64,000 nt of DNA from an uncultured delta proteobacterium. GTDB lineage: Bacteria; Myxococcota_A; Polyangia; Polyangiales; Polyangiaceae. Each line of letters starts with the position of its first letter. Position 1 is the first letter of the stretch. The DNA lies in assembly GCA_963782055.1 (NCBI GenBank), contig CAWAIF010000003.1, positions 4,832,001 through 4,896,000 on the forward strand, read 5' to 3'. Under the pieces are notes generated by a model, which saw nothing but the letters and a program-made list of their open reading frames with translations, did no database searches and was not told the origin of the DNA. Of this stretch, positions 44,474-54,649 are shown in pieces. Made by a program: the position numbers and the translations under genes.

Positions 44474-47038
44474 TCAGCCGAAGGCGCGCGCGAAGATGCG
44501 CCGCTCCACCACGCGCACGAGCGCGAGGTACGTGATCGTCGCCCCGGCGAGGAAGGCGAAGTACCCCGCCGGGAGCGGCACGAAGCCGAGCGCCCCGGCG
44601 AGCGGCGTCCACGGCAGCACGAGCGCGACGGCCACCGAGACCGCGGTACTCACGATGAGCGCCCGGCTCGGCCTGCTGCGCCGCGGGCCACCCATCGTGC
44701 GGATGACGAAGATGACGAGCGTCTGCGTGGCGAGCGACTCGACGAACCACCCGGTGTGGAAGAGCCCCTCGCCGGCGTGGAAGACGCGCAGCAGGACCCA
44801 GAAGGTGAGGAAGTCGTAGAGGGAGCTCAGCGGACCGATGATCAGCATGAAGCGGCGGACCAGGCGGATGTCCCACCGGCGCGGCTTGCGCAGGAAGTCC
44901 TCGTCGACCTCGTCGCTGGGGATGGTGAGCTGCGCGGTGTCGTAGAGGAAGTTGTTGAGCAGCACCTGCGGCGGGAGCATCGGCAGGAAGGGCAGCACCG
45001 CGGACGCGCCCGCCATGCTGAAGACGTTGCCGAAGGCGGAGCTCGTGCCCATCAGCAGGTACTTGAGAACGTTGCCGAATGCGCGCCTGCCCTCCAGCAC
45101 GCCGGCGTGCACCACGCCCAGGCCGCGCTCGAGCAGGATGATATCGGCGGCGTCCCTGGCCACGTCGACGGCGCCGTCGACCGAGATGCCGACGTCCGCG
45201 GCGCGCAGCGAGGGCGCGTCGTTGATCCCGTCGCCCACGTACCCGACGACGTGCCCGCGTGAGCGCAGCGCCCGGATGACGCGCGTCTTCTGGGTGGGGG
45301 TGACGCGGGCGAAGACGTCGGTCGTCTCGGCGCGTCGCGCGAGCGCGGCGTCCCCCAGCCGCTCGATCTCCGGGCCGAGCAGCACCGCGGGGTCAGCGAG
45401 TCCGACGCGCCCGCACACGTGCGCGGCGACGTTGCCGCTGTCGCCGGTGACGATCTTGACGCGCACGCCGTCCTGCGCGAGCACGCGCAGCAGCTCGGCG
45501 GCGTCCTCGCGCGGCGGGTCGGCGAAGGCGAGGAAGCCGGCGAGGCGCAGGTCGCGCTCGTCCGCCCGGGTGATGGCGGCGGCGTCGTGCGCACGAGACG
45601 CCACCGCGACGACGCGAAACCCCTGCGCCCCGAGGGCGTCGACGGTGGCGGCGCACCGCGCGCGGGCCTCGTCGTCCAGGGCGCGCGCGCGACCGCCCTC
45701 GTCCAGCCACGCGCAGGCCTCGAGCACGTTCTCCGGGGCGCCCTTGACCACCAGCAACCGCTCGCCGGCGCGCTCCGCGACCACGCTGACGCGCCGCCGC
45801 TCGAAGTCGAAGGGGATCTCGTCCACCTTGCGCCACCCGGAGAGGTCGGGGTGCTCGTGCGCGAGCACCGCGGAGTCGAGCGGATCGAGCTTGTGCGCGC
45901 GAAGCACCGCCTCGTCCATCGGGTTGTCGACGCCGGTCTCGAAGTAGCTGTTGATGCACGCCAGCAGCAGCGGCCGCTCGGAGGACGCGCCGAAGGCGTC
46001 GACGTGGTCCTCCAGCACCATCGCCCCGGTCGTGAGCGTGCCGGTCTTGTCGCTGCAGAGCACGTCGATGCTCCCCAGGTTCTGGATGGCGGCGAGGTTC
46101 TTGACGATCACCTTGCGCCGCGCCATCCGCACCGCGCCGCGGGCGAGCGTCACCGAGACGATCATCGGAAGGAACTCGGGGGTCATGCCCACCGCCAGCG
46201 CCACGGCGAAGAGCAGGCCCTCCAGCGCGTCGCGCCGCATCACGGCGTTGGCCACCACCACGAAGAGCACCAGGAAGAAGACCGTCTTGGTGATGAAGAC
46301 GCCGAAGTCGTGGATGCCCCGCTCGAACTCGGTCTGGGCCGGCCGCCCGGAGAGGGCGCGGGCCACGTGCCCGAGCTCGGTCGCCATGCCGGTGCGCACC
46401 ACCACCGCGGTCCCCTTCCCGCTCACCACCGAGGTGCCCATGAAGACGACGTGCGAGGTGTCCTCGGCGCCGGCGGCGTCGCGCGGATCCTTCTCCACCG
46501 GCAGCGACTCGCCGGTGAGGGCGCCCTCCTGCAGGTGCAGGTCGGCGCCCTCCAGCAGCCGCGCGTCGGCGGGGACCACGTCGCCCGCCTCCAGGCGCAC
46601 CACGTCCCCGGGCACCACCTCGCGCCGCGGCACCTCGCGGTACGCGCCGCCGCGCAGGACGGTCGCCGTGGACGCCACGCGCTCGCGCAGGGCGCGGGCG
46701 GCGGAGTCGGAGCGGCGGGTCTGCACCAGGTCGATGGCCGCGCCGAGGACCACCATCAGGGCGATGATGGCGCTGCTCGTCGCCTCGCCGAGGAACGCCG
46801 ACGCGGCCGCCGCGACGAGCAGGATGGCGACGAGCGGGTTGACGAAGCGCCGCAGTACGGTGACGAGCAGCGACACGTGGCGCACCGGGACCGGCTCGTT
46901 CGGGCCCAGCGCCTCGAGGCGGCGCGCGCCCTCCGCGTCGTCCAGCCCGGCCGGCGTGGCGGCGAGCGCCTCCAGCGTCCGCGCCCTCGTCCAGGCGAGC
47001 CAGTCGCGGCCCTCCGGCGGGCGCGGCCCGTCGCTCAC
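44474..47038 (-). CDS. mgtA: Magnesium-translocating P-type ATPase
   Basis: LTGES, TPEFLPMI, DKTGTLT, FDFERRR, GDGIND, GWFVESL.TQ.L. Confidence 0.93.
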   Translation of the reverse strand: MSDGPRPPEGRDWLAWTRARTLEALAATPAGLDDAEGARRLEALGPNEPVPVRHVSLLVTVLRRFVNPLVAILLVAAAASAFLGEATSSAIIALMVVLGAAIDLVQTRRSDSAARALRERVASTATVLRGGAYREVPRREVVPGDVVRLEAGDVVPADARLLEGADLHLQEGALTGESLPVEKDPRDAAGAEDTSHVVFMGTSVVSGKGTAVVVRTGMATELGHVARALSGRPAQTEFERGIHDFGVFITKTVFFLVLFVVVANAVMRRDALEGLLFAVALAVGMTPEFLPMIVSVTLARGAVRMARRKVIVKNLAAIQNLGSIDVLCSDKTGTLTTGAMVLEDHVDAFGASSERPLLLACINSYFETGVDNPMDEAVLRAHKLDPLDSAVLAHEHPDLSGWRKVDEIPFDFERRRVSVVAERAGERLLVVKGAPENVLEACAWLDEGGRARALDDEARARCAATVDALGAQGFRVVAVASRAHDAAAITRADERDLRLAGFLAFADPPREDAAELLRVLAQDGVRVKIVTGDSGNVAAHVCGRVGLADPAVLLGPEIERLGDAALARRAETTDVFARVTPTQKTRVIRALRSRGHVVGYVGDGINDAPSLRAADVGISVDGAVDVARDAADIILLERGLGVVHAGVLEGRRAFGNVLKYLLMGTSSAFGNVFSMAGASAVLPFLPMLPPQVLLNNFLYDTAQLTIPSDEVDEDFLRKPRRWDIRLVRRFMLIIGPLSSLYDFLTFWVLLRVFHAGEGLFHTGWFVESLATQTLVIFVIRTMGGPRRSRPSRALIVSTAVSVAVALVLPWTPLAGALGFVPLPAGYFAFLAGATITYLALVRVVERRIFARAFG

Positions 47039-48039
47039 GACGTGCCGGGGACCAGCACCGCTGCTCCCCGGACGTCGCCGGCGCGCAGCCGCGCGAGCGC
47101 CGTGTTCGCATCGTCCAGGGCGAAGGTGTCGTACGCCGTGGTCACCTGGGCGCGCGCCGCGATATCCATGAACTCCACGGCGTCGGCGTGCGTGGTGTTT
47201 GCCACGCTCACCAGGTTGCGCTCCCACCAGAGCAGGTCGTACGAAAACTCCGGGATGCGATCGAGGTGGATGGCGTTGATCGCCACGGTGCCGCCCTTGT
47301 CGACCGCGCGCAGCGCCGCCACCACCACGTCGCCAACAGGGGCGAACGTCACCGCAGCGTCCAGCGGCTCGGGCACCTTCTCGTCGTAGCCGCCCGCCCA
47401 CTCCGCGCCGAGCTTGCGCGCCCGCTCCTGCTCCCCCTCCGAGCGCGTGCACACGAAGACGCGGCAGTCCCAGTAGCGTGCCACCTGGATGGCGAGCAGC
47501 GCGGAGGCGCCGAAGCCGAAGAGGCCCAGCTTCTGCCCCGGCTGGATGCCCGAGCGCCGCAGGGAGCGGTAGCCGATGACGCCGCCGCAGAGCAGCGGGG
47601 CGGCGTCGCGGTCGGTGAAGCGCTCGGGGATGGCGAAGGCGGCGTCGGCGCGGGCCACGACGCGCGTGGCGTAGCCGCCGTGGCGGTCCCAGCCGGTGAA
47701 GACGGCGTGGTCGCAGAGGTTCTCGCGGCCCGCCTTGCAGCGCGCGCAGGTGCCGTCGGCGCCGGCGAGCCAGCCGACGCCCACGCGGTCGCCCACCTTC
47801 CACTGGCGCACGCCTGCGCCGAGCGTGACGATGCGCCCGACGATCTGGTGGCCGGGGACGATGGGCAAGGCGTGCGCCTTCAGGTCCCCCTCGCAGATCT
47901 GAAGGTCGGTGCGGCACACGCCGCACGCGGCGACCTCCAGCGCCACCTCGCCCGGGCCGGGCGGAGCGTCCTCCAGCTCGGTCGCGTGCAGCGGCGCGCC
48001 GTCGATCGGGCCGGGGGAAGACAGGAGCATGGCTCGCAT
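47035..48039 (-). CDS. Zinc-dependent alcohol dehydrogenase family protein
   Basis: CGVCRTD, PGHQIVG, C..C..GRENLC, APLLCGG, GFGAS. Confidence 0.92.
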   Translation of the reverse strand: MRAMLLSSPGPIDGAPLHATELEDAPPGPGEVALEVAACGVCRTDLQICEGDLKAHALPIVPGHQIVGRIVTLGAGVRQWKVGDRVGVGWLAGADGTCARCKAGRENLCDHAVFTGWDRHGGYATRVVARADAAFAIPERFTDRDAAPLLCGGVIGYRSLRRSGIQPGQKLGLFGFGASALLAIQVARYWDCRVFVCTRSEGEQERARKLGAEWAGGYDEKVPEPLDAAVTFAPVGDVVVAALRAVDKGGTVAINAIHLDRIPEFSYDLLWWERNLVSVANTTHADAVEFMDIAARAQVTTAYDTFALDDANTALARLRAGDVRGAAVLVPGTS

Positions 48040-48187
48040 GGCGTCATCATGCGGGAGCAGGTCTCGTGCCGTCACCTCGCCGATCGGACGGCGCGTCGGC
48101 CCCGGGCCGGGGCTGGCGGCCCGGGGCCGGCGCCGCCCCCGGCGCGGGGAGCGCACCGGTTGCGGTCGCCACGAAGGCGCTGCGCCC

Positions 48188-48514
48188 TCAGCGGGCGCGT
48201 GCGGCCTTGCGCTTCACGGCGGCCTTGCGAGCCTTGACCTCGGGGGTGCCCCTCGCGCGCGCGTCGCGCGCCTCCAGGTTGGTGTCGAACTTCCCGCGGT
48301 TGTTCCCCTTGCGCGTGGACCGCCGGGAAGCCTTGTTGGCGGCGGAGCGGGGCTCCAGCTTCACCCCCATCTTCTTCGCGGCGCGCTTGTTCGGGTGCAG
48401 GGGGTTGCCCTCCTGATCAGTGCGCCGGTTCGTCGTGGGCTTCTTCGCCTTCCTGGGCTTGCCGGTCGGCTTGCGTTCCTGGTCGTGCCTGTACTGCTCG
48501 GCTCTCGTGGGCAT
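48188..48514 (-). CDS. Small very basic Lys/Arg-rich protein
   Basis: Open frame with AAG-rich host codon usage; KPTGKPRKAKKP...SRRSTRKGNNRGK. Confidence 0.65.
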   Translation of the reverse strand: MPTRAEQYRHDQERKPTGKPRKAKKPTTNRRTDQEGNPLHPNKRAAKKMGVKLEPRSAANKASRRSTRKGNNRGKFDTNLEARDARARGTPEVKARKAAVKRKAARAR

Positions 48515-48574
48515 ACCCCCAGCCATGCACGCGCCACACCAGCCGGGACGATCTTGCTGCTAGAGTCGCGCCCG

Positions 48575-49702
48575 ATGGCTTTGGCAACAGGCAGGAGGGG
48601 AGCGCTCTGGGCAATCGCGGCCCTCTTGGCGGTGCCGGCATGCGCGAAGGACATCGTGCTGCCGGACGAGGTGCGCGAGGACGTCTGCGGCGACGGCGTG
48701 CTCGGGCCGACCGAGGAGTGCGACACCTCCGGCCCGGGCTGCGCGGCGTGCAAGATCACCCCCGGCTACACCTGCGACGACGACGGGTGCTACGTGCCGT
48801 GCGGCGACGGCATCGTCGGCGACGGCGCGCGGTGCGACGGCGCGCACAAGGTCGACGACTGCGACATGACCGGCTACTGGGTGTCTCGCGAGACCGACTT
48901 CAGCCGCGACACCATCCTCAACGCGGTGCAGACCTCCAGCACCTGGTACGCCTACCACTTCACCCAGACGGGCGACGTCTTCCAGGTCGATCAGATGCTC
49001 CAGTGCGGCCTGCACGTCTCGGGCAGCGCCAACGTGGACTACACGCCGGGCTCGTATCGCGGCCTCATCTACGCCAACGATCAGAGCCCGAAGGGCGCTC
49101 ACGGGCCGCGCAAGGGCACCTTCAAGGCGCAGGGCGGCGGGTGCGGCTTCACCTTCGACCGCTGGTACACCGTCTTCGGGGTCACCGCCGACTTCGTCCC
49201 CCCGGATTTCAGCCAGAAGCCCGACCTCTCCTCCCTCCCGCCGCTCCCGTACGAGGACGATCCCGTCAACCCCCACGGCGACCACCTGCAGGGCGCCGAC
49301 GATCCGGACGGCGACGGGTTCGTCGGGTACGCGGTGCACATCGGCGGGATCACGCCGGGCACGCGTGAAGCGGCGCACCGTGACTTCAAGGAGTACTTCA
49401 CCGGCGGCGACGCCCCCGTCCCCCAGCAGGCGATCCAGTTCTCGGTGAACGGCGCCTTCGACCTTCAGGAGAACGTGCTCTCGGTCCACGATTGCTCGTC
49501 CTGGTGCTCCCTCGTCAAGACGTCGGCGGTGCCTGACCACACGCTCACGCCGCGCGTCACCCTCCGCTTCCTGGGCAAGACGCTCACGAGCCCGAGCGTG
49601 CGCGCGGTGTTCGCCGGCAACCCCGGCGACGACCTCACCACCGACCTGGCCACGTGCGCCAACGCGCGGCTGGCCCTCCCCCACGATCCCTCCAAGTCAT
49701 GA
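48575..49702 (+). CDS. Lipoprotein with myxobacterial Cys-rich (CGDG) repeats
   Basis: VPAC lipobox; CGDG....EECD, CGDG; DPDGDG. Confidence 0.75.
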   Translation: MALATGRRGALWAIAALLAVPACAKDIVLPDEVREDVCGDGVLGPTEECDTSGPGCAACKITPGYTCDDDGCYVPCGDGIVGDGARCDGAHKVDDCDMTGYWVSRETDFSRDTILNAVQTSSTWYAYHFTQTGDVFQVDQMLQCGLHVSGSANVDYTPGSYRGLIYANDQSPKGAHGPRKGTFKAQGGGCGFTFDRWYTVFGVTADFVPPDFSQKPDLSSLPPLPYEDDPVNPHGDHLQGADDPDGDGFVGYAVHIGGITPGTREAAHRDFKEYFTGGDAPVPQQAIQFSVNGAFDLQENVLSVHDCSSWCSLVKTSAVPDHTLTPRVTLRFLGKTLTSPSVRAVFAGNPGDDLTTDLATCANARLALPHDPSKS

Positions 49703-51219
49703 GCGCACGATGGACGGGCGCCGCCCTCGCGGCGGCGGTGATCACGGTGGCGGGGAGCGCGCGCGCCACGCCGGTGCTGGAGCTGCTCGGCGCGCCGGGC
49801 GGCACCGGCGGGCTGCAGGCGGGCTCCAGCGGCCCCTCGGCGGCGTCCGCCTACTTCAACCCGGCGATGCTCTCCGACGCCAGCGAGGACATGCTCATCG
49901 GCTTCGGCCTGCTGAGCGAGCAGGTCAGCCTGGAGCTAAACGGCCGGCGCGCCGGCGCGGACGTGCCGCTCTCGGTGGGATCCCGCGACGTGGTCGACAA
50001 GGACGGCAACCCGGTCCCCAACGACACCCTCCCCACGCAGTGGCTGCAGCAAGGCTGCACCGAGGGGCCCGCGCAGGGCCAGTGCCCGGCGCCGGCGATC
50101 GGCCCGCGTCCCCGCCAGGGCCAGGGCACGAGCAACAACACGCGCACCTACCTGCTGCTCGGCGGCGTCAAACACCTGGTGCGCGATCGCTTCTCGGTGG
50201 GGCTGTACATCGCGCTGCCACTCGGCAACCTGACGACGGCGCAGTCCTTCTACGCCGACGAGCGCGAGCAGCTCTTCTCCAACAGCCTGCACCCCGAGCT
50301 CTACGGGGACCGCCTCACCGCGGTCTCCATCGCCCTGGGCGGGAGCTTCCGCCTCTTCAAGTCGCTGTCGCTCGGGCTGGGCACCACCTTCGCGCTCGCC
50401 AACTCGGCGGTCTCCAGCACCTACATCCGCGACTCCACCAACTACGACACCCTGCTGCTCAACAACGACGTGCAGACCACCGCCGCCCTCTCGCCTCACG
50501 TCGGCGTCTACTGGACGCCCACGAGCTGGTTGCGGGTCGGCGGGAGCGTGCACGCGCCGCAGTCCTTCGAGATCGACGAGTCCATCTCGGCGACGCTCCC
50601 CGACGGCGTGCAGTCGGGCACCACCAAGAAGCAGGTGCACGACTTCATGCCCTGGCGCGCGCGTGTCGGCGCGGAGGTCGATCTGGTGCGCTCGTCCAGC
50701 TACACCTTCGGCGTGGCGGGTTCGCTCCTCTGGGCGAACTGGTCCAGCTACCAGGACCGCCACGGCGACTCGCCCGGCAGCTACTCGGGGCCCGGCACCG
50801 ACCTCTCCTGGAGCGACACCGTCACCTACACGATCGGCGTCCGGCACCGTTACAAGCGCGTGCGCGGCTACGCGGACTTCCAGATCGCGCCGTCGCCCGT
50901 GCCGCTCCAGGTCGGGCGGAGCAACTACGTCGACTGCGATCGCTACGGCTTCGCGGTGGGGGCGGACCTGGAGATCCCGCTCGGCAACGTGCGCCTGCGA
51001 CCGGGGCTGCAGCTCGTCGGCTACCGCCTCGCGTGGCGTCACCAGACCAAGGACGACCGCCTCATCACCGACGAGGTCCCCGACGGCTCGCGCTTCGGAT
51101 CGACGGGCGAGGCGGTGGTGGGCTCGCGCGGCTTGCAGACCAACAACCCGGGCTGGCCGGGGTTCGGCGAGTCGGGGTGGGTGTACGGCGGCACGGCGAC
51201 GATGGACGTGCTCTTCTAG
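49699..51219 (+). CDS. FadL/TodX-like outer-membrane transport protein
   Basis: Signal peptide; SAASAYFNPAML motif; beta strands; terminal Phe. Confidence 0.7.
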   Translation: MSARWTGAALAAAVITVAGSARATPVLELLGAPGGTGGLQAGSSGPSAASAYFNPAMLSDASEDMLIGFGLLSEQVSLELNGRRAGADVPLSVGSRDVVDKDGNPVPNDTLPTQWLQQGCTEGPAQGQCPAPAIGPRPRQGQGTSNNTRTYLLLGGVKHLVRDRFSVGLYIALPLGNLTTAQSFYADEREQLFSNSLHPELYGDRLTAVSIALGGSFRLFKSLSLGLGTTFALANSAVSSTYIRDSTNYDTLLLNNDVQTTAALSPHVGVYWTPTSWLRVGGSVHAPQSFEIDESISATLPDGVQSGTTKKQVHDFMPWRARVGAEVDLVRSSSYTFGVAGSLLWANWSSYQDRHGDSPGSYSGPGTDLSWSDTVTYTIGVRHRYKRVRGYADFQIAPSPVPLQVGRSNYVDCDRYGFAVGADLEIPLGNVRLRPGLQLVGYRLAWRHQTKDDRLITDEVPDGSRFGSTGEAVVGSRGLQTNNPGWPGFGESGWVYGGTATMDVLF

Positions 51220-51278
51220 CGCGCGGCGGTCGCGCGCAAGGCTGGGCAGCGGCGCTCGAGCGAGTATCCTCGCGCGTC

Positions 51279-52187
51279 ATGGACTTCGAGACCCTCCTCT
51301 ACGACGTCGACGGCCCCATCGCCTTCCTCACCCTCAACCGGCCGGAGCGACTCAACACCATCGTGCCGCCCATGCCCGACGAGGTGGAGGCGGCCATCCA
51401 CGCCGCGACGATCGACGAGCAGGTGAAGGTCATCGTGCTGCAGGGCGCCGGCCGCGCCTTCTGCGCGGGCTACGACTTCGGCGGCGGCTTCCACCACTGG
51501 GACCGCCACATGACGACCGACGGCGCGTGGGATCCGGGCAAGGACTTCGCCTTCTCCACCTACCCCGGCCTCGCCCCCACGCAGAAGCTGATGAGCCTCT
51601 GGCGCACGCCCAAGCCGGTCATCGCGCAGGTTCACGGCTGGTGCCTGGGCGGCGGGTCGGACACCGCCCTCTGCGCCGACCTGATCATCGCCAGCGAGGA
51701 CGCGCGCATCGGCACGCCCTACTCGCGCATGTGGGGCTGCTACCTCTCCGGCATGTGGCTGTATCGCCTGGGGCTGACGCGCGCGAAGGAGCACGCCCTG
51801 ACGGGCAAGCCGCTCTCCGGCAGGCAGGCCGCCGACGTCGGCCTCATCAACCGCGCGGTGCCCTTCGCCGAGCTGCAGGCGGAGGTGCGGCGGACCGCCG
51901 AGCAGCTCGCCAGCATCCCTTCCTCGCAGCTCGCCGCGATGAAGCTGATCGTCAATCAGGCCTACGAGAACATGGGGCTGGCCTCCACGCAGGTGCTCGG
52001 CCCCATCCTGGACGGGCTGATGCGCAACACGCCCGACGCGCGCCGCTTCATCGAGCGCGCGGAGAAGGAGGGTGTCGGCAAGCTGGTACCCGAGCGCGAT
52101 CGCGCCTTCGGCGACTACTCGGCCGCGCCGCCGGAGGAGCGGCCGGATCCGACGCACGTGATCCAGCCGCCCCACCGGTCCGCGTAG
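51279..52187 (+). CDS. Enoyl-CoA hydratase/isomerase family protein
   Basis: LTLNRPERLN, AFCAGYD, KPVIAQVHGWCLGGG. Confidence 0.92.
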   Translation: MDFETLLYDVDGPIAFLTLNRPERLNTIVPPMPDEVEAAIHAATIDEQVKVIVLQGAGRAFCAGYDFGGGFHHWDRHMTTDGAWDPGKDFAFSTYPGLAPTQKLMSLWRTPKPVIAQVHGWCLGGGSDTALCADLIIASEDARIGTPYSRMWGCYLSGMWLYRLGLTRAKEHALTGKPLSGRQAADVGLINRAVPFAELQAEVRRTAEQLASIPSSQLAAMKLIVNQAYENMGLASTQVLGPILDGLMRNTPDARRFIERAEKEGVGKLVPERDRAFGDYSAAPPEERPDPTHVIQPPHRSA

Positions 52188-52261
52188 GCCAGGCGGAGAG
52201 TCGGACGCGACGCCCCACGGCACGCGTTGACGCCCCTCCCGCCGGGGCATACCGTCACCTC

Positions 52262-53635
52262 ATGCGTAGGCTGGCGACTCTGGCAGTCATCGCGGCGGGT
52301 TCGGGGGCCCTGTTGGCAACGGCCTCCTGCGTCGGCGATTCCCCCGTCAACCCACCGCCGGGCGCGGACGGCGGGGACACGGACGCCCCGGTCACCCTGA
52401 CCGACGTCACCGGCAAGGTCGTGGACGAGGTACTGCAACCCCTCGCGGGTGCGGCGGTGCAGATTGGCGGGGCCATCGCGACGACGGACGCCAACGGCAC
52501 CTTCACCTTGCAGGCGCCGCCGAGCTACGTCGTCTCCATCGTCTACCCGTCGACCAGCACCAGCAGCGGCAAGCGAGTCGTCGTCTTCGAGGGGATCACG
52601 TCGCGGACGCCGACGCTGCAGGTCACCTACTCCAGACCCACCTTCTCCGCCAGCACGGTGCACGTCACCTTCACGACGCCCCAGGACACGCCGCTGGGGA
52701 GCGACGAGCGTTTCCTGATCAACGTCGCGGGGGACAAGAGCTCGAACACGCAGGGGTTCGTGAACGGCGGCGCCGTGCCACCGCTGGACATCCCCGGAAA
52801 CTTTCTCACCTGGTTCGGAGCCAACCCCCTGACGGGAAAGGCGTACGCCCTGCGGTTCAAGATGCCCTCGAACGCGGGCAGCAAGGGGGTCGCGTTGCCC
52901 GCCTCGCTGGAGAGCTTCTCCAGCGCGCCGTCCGTCAGCCTCACCGACGGCGCGAGCGAGACCATCGACTTCGGCGCTCCGCTCACCATCGATCCCGCGA
53001 CCATCAGCGGGACCATCGACTACGGAAGCTGGAAGCCCGGCTCGCTGCGCGTCACCTACCGCCCGCCGGGCGCCATCGCCGACGTCAACCTCCTGGGAGC
53101 GTGGTCGGACACCACCTTCAGCGTGCCCGCCATCAGCATCGCGAACCAGCCGAAGTTCACGACGGGCGTCGCCGTGCTGAGCGACTCTTCCGACCCGAAA
53201 GGGGCGAACGCGGTCGTGTGGAACGTCGGGCTCGCGGCCAACACAGCCAACGTCGCCCTCAAGCTGCCCGACCCGATCACGGCCACCGCGCCCGACGACG
53301 GCGCGACGGGCGTGGACTCGAGCAGCACGTTCTCCTGGTCACCGTCGACCCGCGGCGGCGGCTACATCCTGACGGTGAGCTGTGACACGCCGGTGAAGTA
53401 CGAGGCGATGGTGCTGACGGGCAGCACGTCCGCCACGCTGCCCGACACGTCGGCGCTGGGCTCGGCTCTTCCTCCCGGCGACGCGAACTGTCACTGGTTC
53501 GCGGCGGCGTTCGAGGGGTTGAACGCGAGCACGGTCGTGGGGCCCTCCGGGTGGCGGCGCTTCACCGGATTGCTCCAGAGCGACGCCAACGGCAGCTACG
53601 TCTCCACGCCGGTCCGCGGCTTCACCGCGAAGTAG
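52262..53635 (+). CDS. Lipoprotein with carboxypeptidase-regulatory-like and Ig-like domains
   Basis: TASC lipobox; VTGKVVD...PLAGAAV...TTDANGTFTL; P.DGATGV. Confidence 0.7.
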   Translation: MRRLATLAVIAAGSGALLATASCVGDSPVNPPPGADGGDTDAPVTLTDVTGKVVDEVLQPLAGAAVQIGGAIATTDANGTFTLQAPPSYVVSIVYPSTSTSSGKRVVVFEGITSRTPTLQVTYSRPTFSASTVHVTFTTPQDTPLGSDERFLINVAGDKSSNTQGFVNGGAVPPLDIPGNFLTWFGANPLTGKAYALRFKMPSNAGSKGVALPASLESFSSAPSVSLTDGASETIDFGAPLTIDPATISGTIDYGSWKPGSLRVTYRPPGAIADVNLLGAWSDTTFSVPAISIANQPKFTTGVAVLSDSSDPKGANAVVWNVGLAANTANVALKLPDPITATAPDDGATGVDSSSTFSWSPSTRGGGYILTVSCDTPVKYEAMVLTGSTSATLPDTSALGSALPPGDANCHWFAAAFEGLNASTVVGPSGWRRFTGLLQSDANGSYVSTPVRGFTAK

Positions 53636-54560
53636 CGCCCGACGCCCGCCGGCCGGCGAGCGGCTTCGCGTGGCGGCGCATCGAGGCCACGAGCTCCCGC
53701 AGCTCGGCGCTCTCCGGCAATCCGACGCGGCGCACCAGCCAGAAGGCCGAGGGCGCGAAGGCGCGCGACACGTCGCGCAGCACCACGCCCGGCGCGGTCA
53801 CGCGGTGGCGGGGCAGCAGGGAGAGGAAGGTGATGCCGAGCCCGCGGCGGACGTACTCGATCGCCGACGACTTGCCGTCCACCTCCACAGCGACCTCCGC
53901 GCCGTACGCGCCCAGCGTCGCGAGCACGCGCGCGCGCGTCTGCGAGGGGGAGGCGTAGAGGATCAGCCGCTCGCGCGCCATCCGCTCCGGCGAGGGCGCG
54001 CGTGACGCGAGGAGGGGGTGACGCCGCGGGAGGACGAGCCAGAGGCGGTCCTCGCAGAGTCGCACGGCGTCCAGACCTCTGGGCGATTCGCCGCCGCGCA
54101 TCACGCCGAGGTCGATCTCGCCCTCGTCCAGCCACCGGCGGCACAAGGCGCTGCCCGCCCGGCGCACCGAGACGATGAGCGGGGGCTGTCGGCGGTCGAG
54201 CTCGGTGAGCACGGGCGGGAGCAGCTCGGTGGTGACGGTGCCGGTGCACCCGAGCCGCAGTCGCCGCGGCCCGCCCACCGCCAGCGCGGGCAAGCCGTCC
54301 ACGTCGCGCAGCAGGCGGGTGGCCGCGTCGCGGAGGCGAAGCCCCGACGTGGTGGGCGCGAGGGAGGCTCCGCGCCCCTCCAGCAGCGGCGTGCCGACCC
54401 ACTCCTGGAGCGTCTGCATGCGCCGGCGCAGCACGCTGCGGTCGACGTGCAGCTCGGCGGCGGCGCGCTCGAAGACGCCCTTGCGGCGCACCGCCATGTG
54501 CCGGAGCAGCGCGCAGTACGACTCCAGGTGCAGGAGCAGCTCACCGGGGTACGGACGCAT
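53622..54560 (-). CDS. LysR-family transcriptional regulator
   Basis: FERAAAELHVDRSVLRRRMQTLQEWVGTPL; LRLG; GEIDLGV; VRRGLGITFL. Confidence 0.85.
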   Translation of the reverse strand: MRPYPGELLLHLESYCALLRHMAVRRKGVFERAAAELHVDRSVLRRRMQTLQEWVGTPLLEGRGASLAPTTSGLRLRDAATRLLRDVDGLPALAVGGPRRLRLGCTGTVTTELLPPVLTELDRRQPPLIVSVRRAGSALCRRWLDEGEIDLGVMRGGESPRGLDAVRLCEDRLWLVLPRRHPLLASRAPSPERMARERLILYASPSQTRARVLATLGAYGAEVAVEVDGKSSAIEYVRRGLGITFLSLLPRHRVTAPGVVLRDVSRAFAPSAFWLVRRVGLPESAELRELVASMRRHAKPLAGRRASGATSR

Positions 54561-54581
54561 TGATGCACAGCATGCACCAAT
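54559..54581. promoter_or_regulatory. Dyad between divergent LysR and NUDIX genes, candidate LysR binding site
   Basis: ATTGATGCA-N5-TGCACCAAT. Confidence 0.5.
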
Positions 54582-54649
54582 ATGGTTCGTAATGCGCGTG
54601 GAACACACCCTTGTCGGGTCGCATGCTGGGGGACGAAAGGAGGCGCCCG

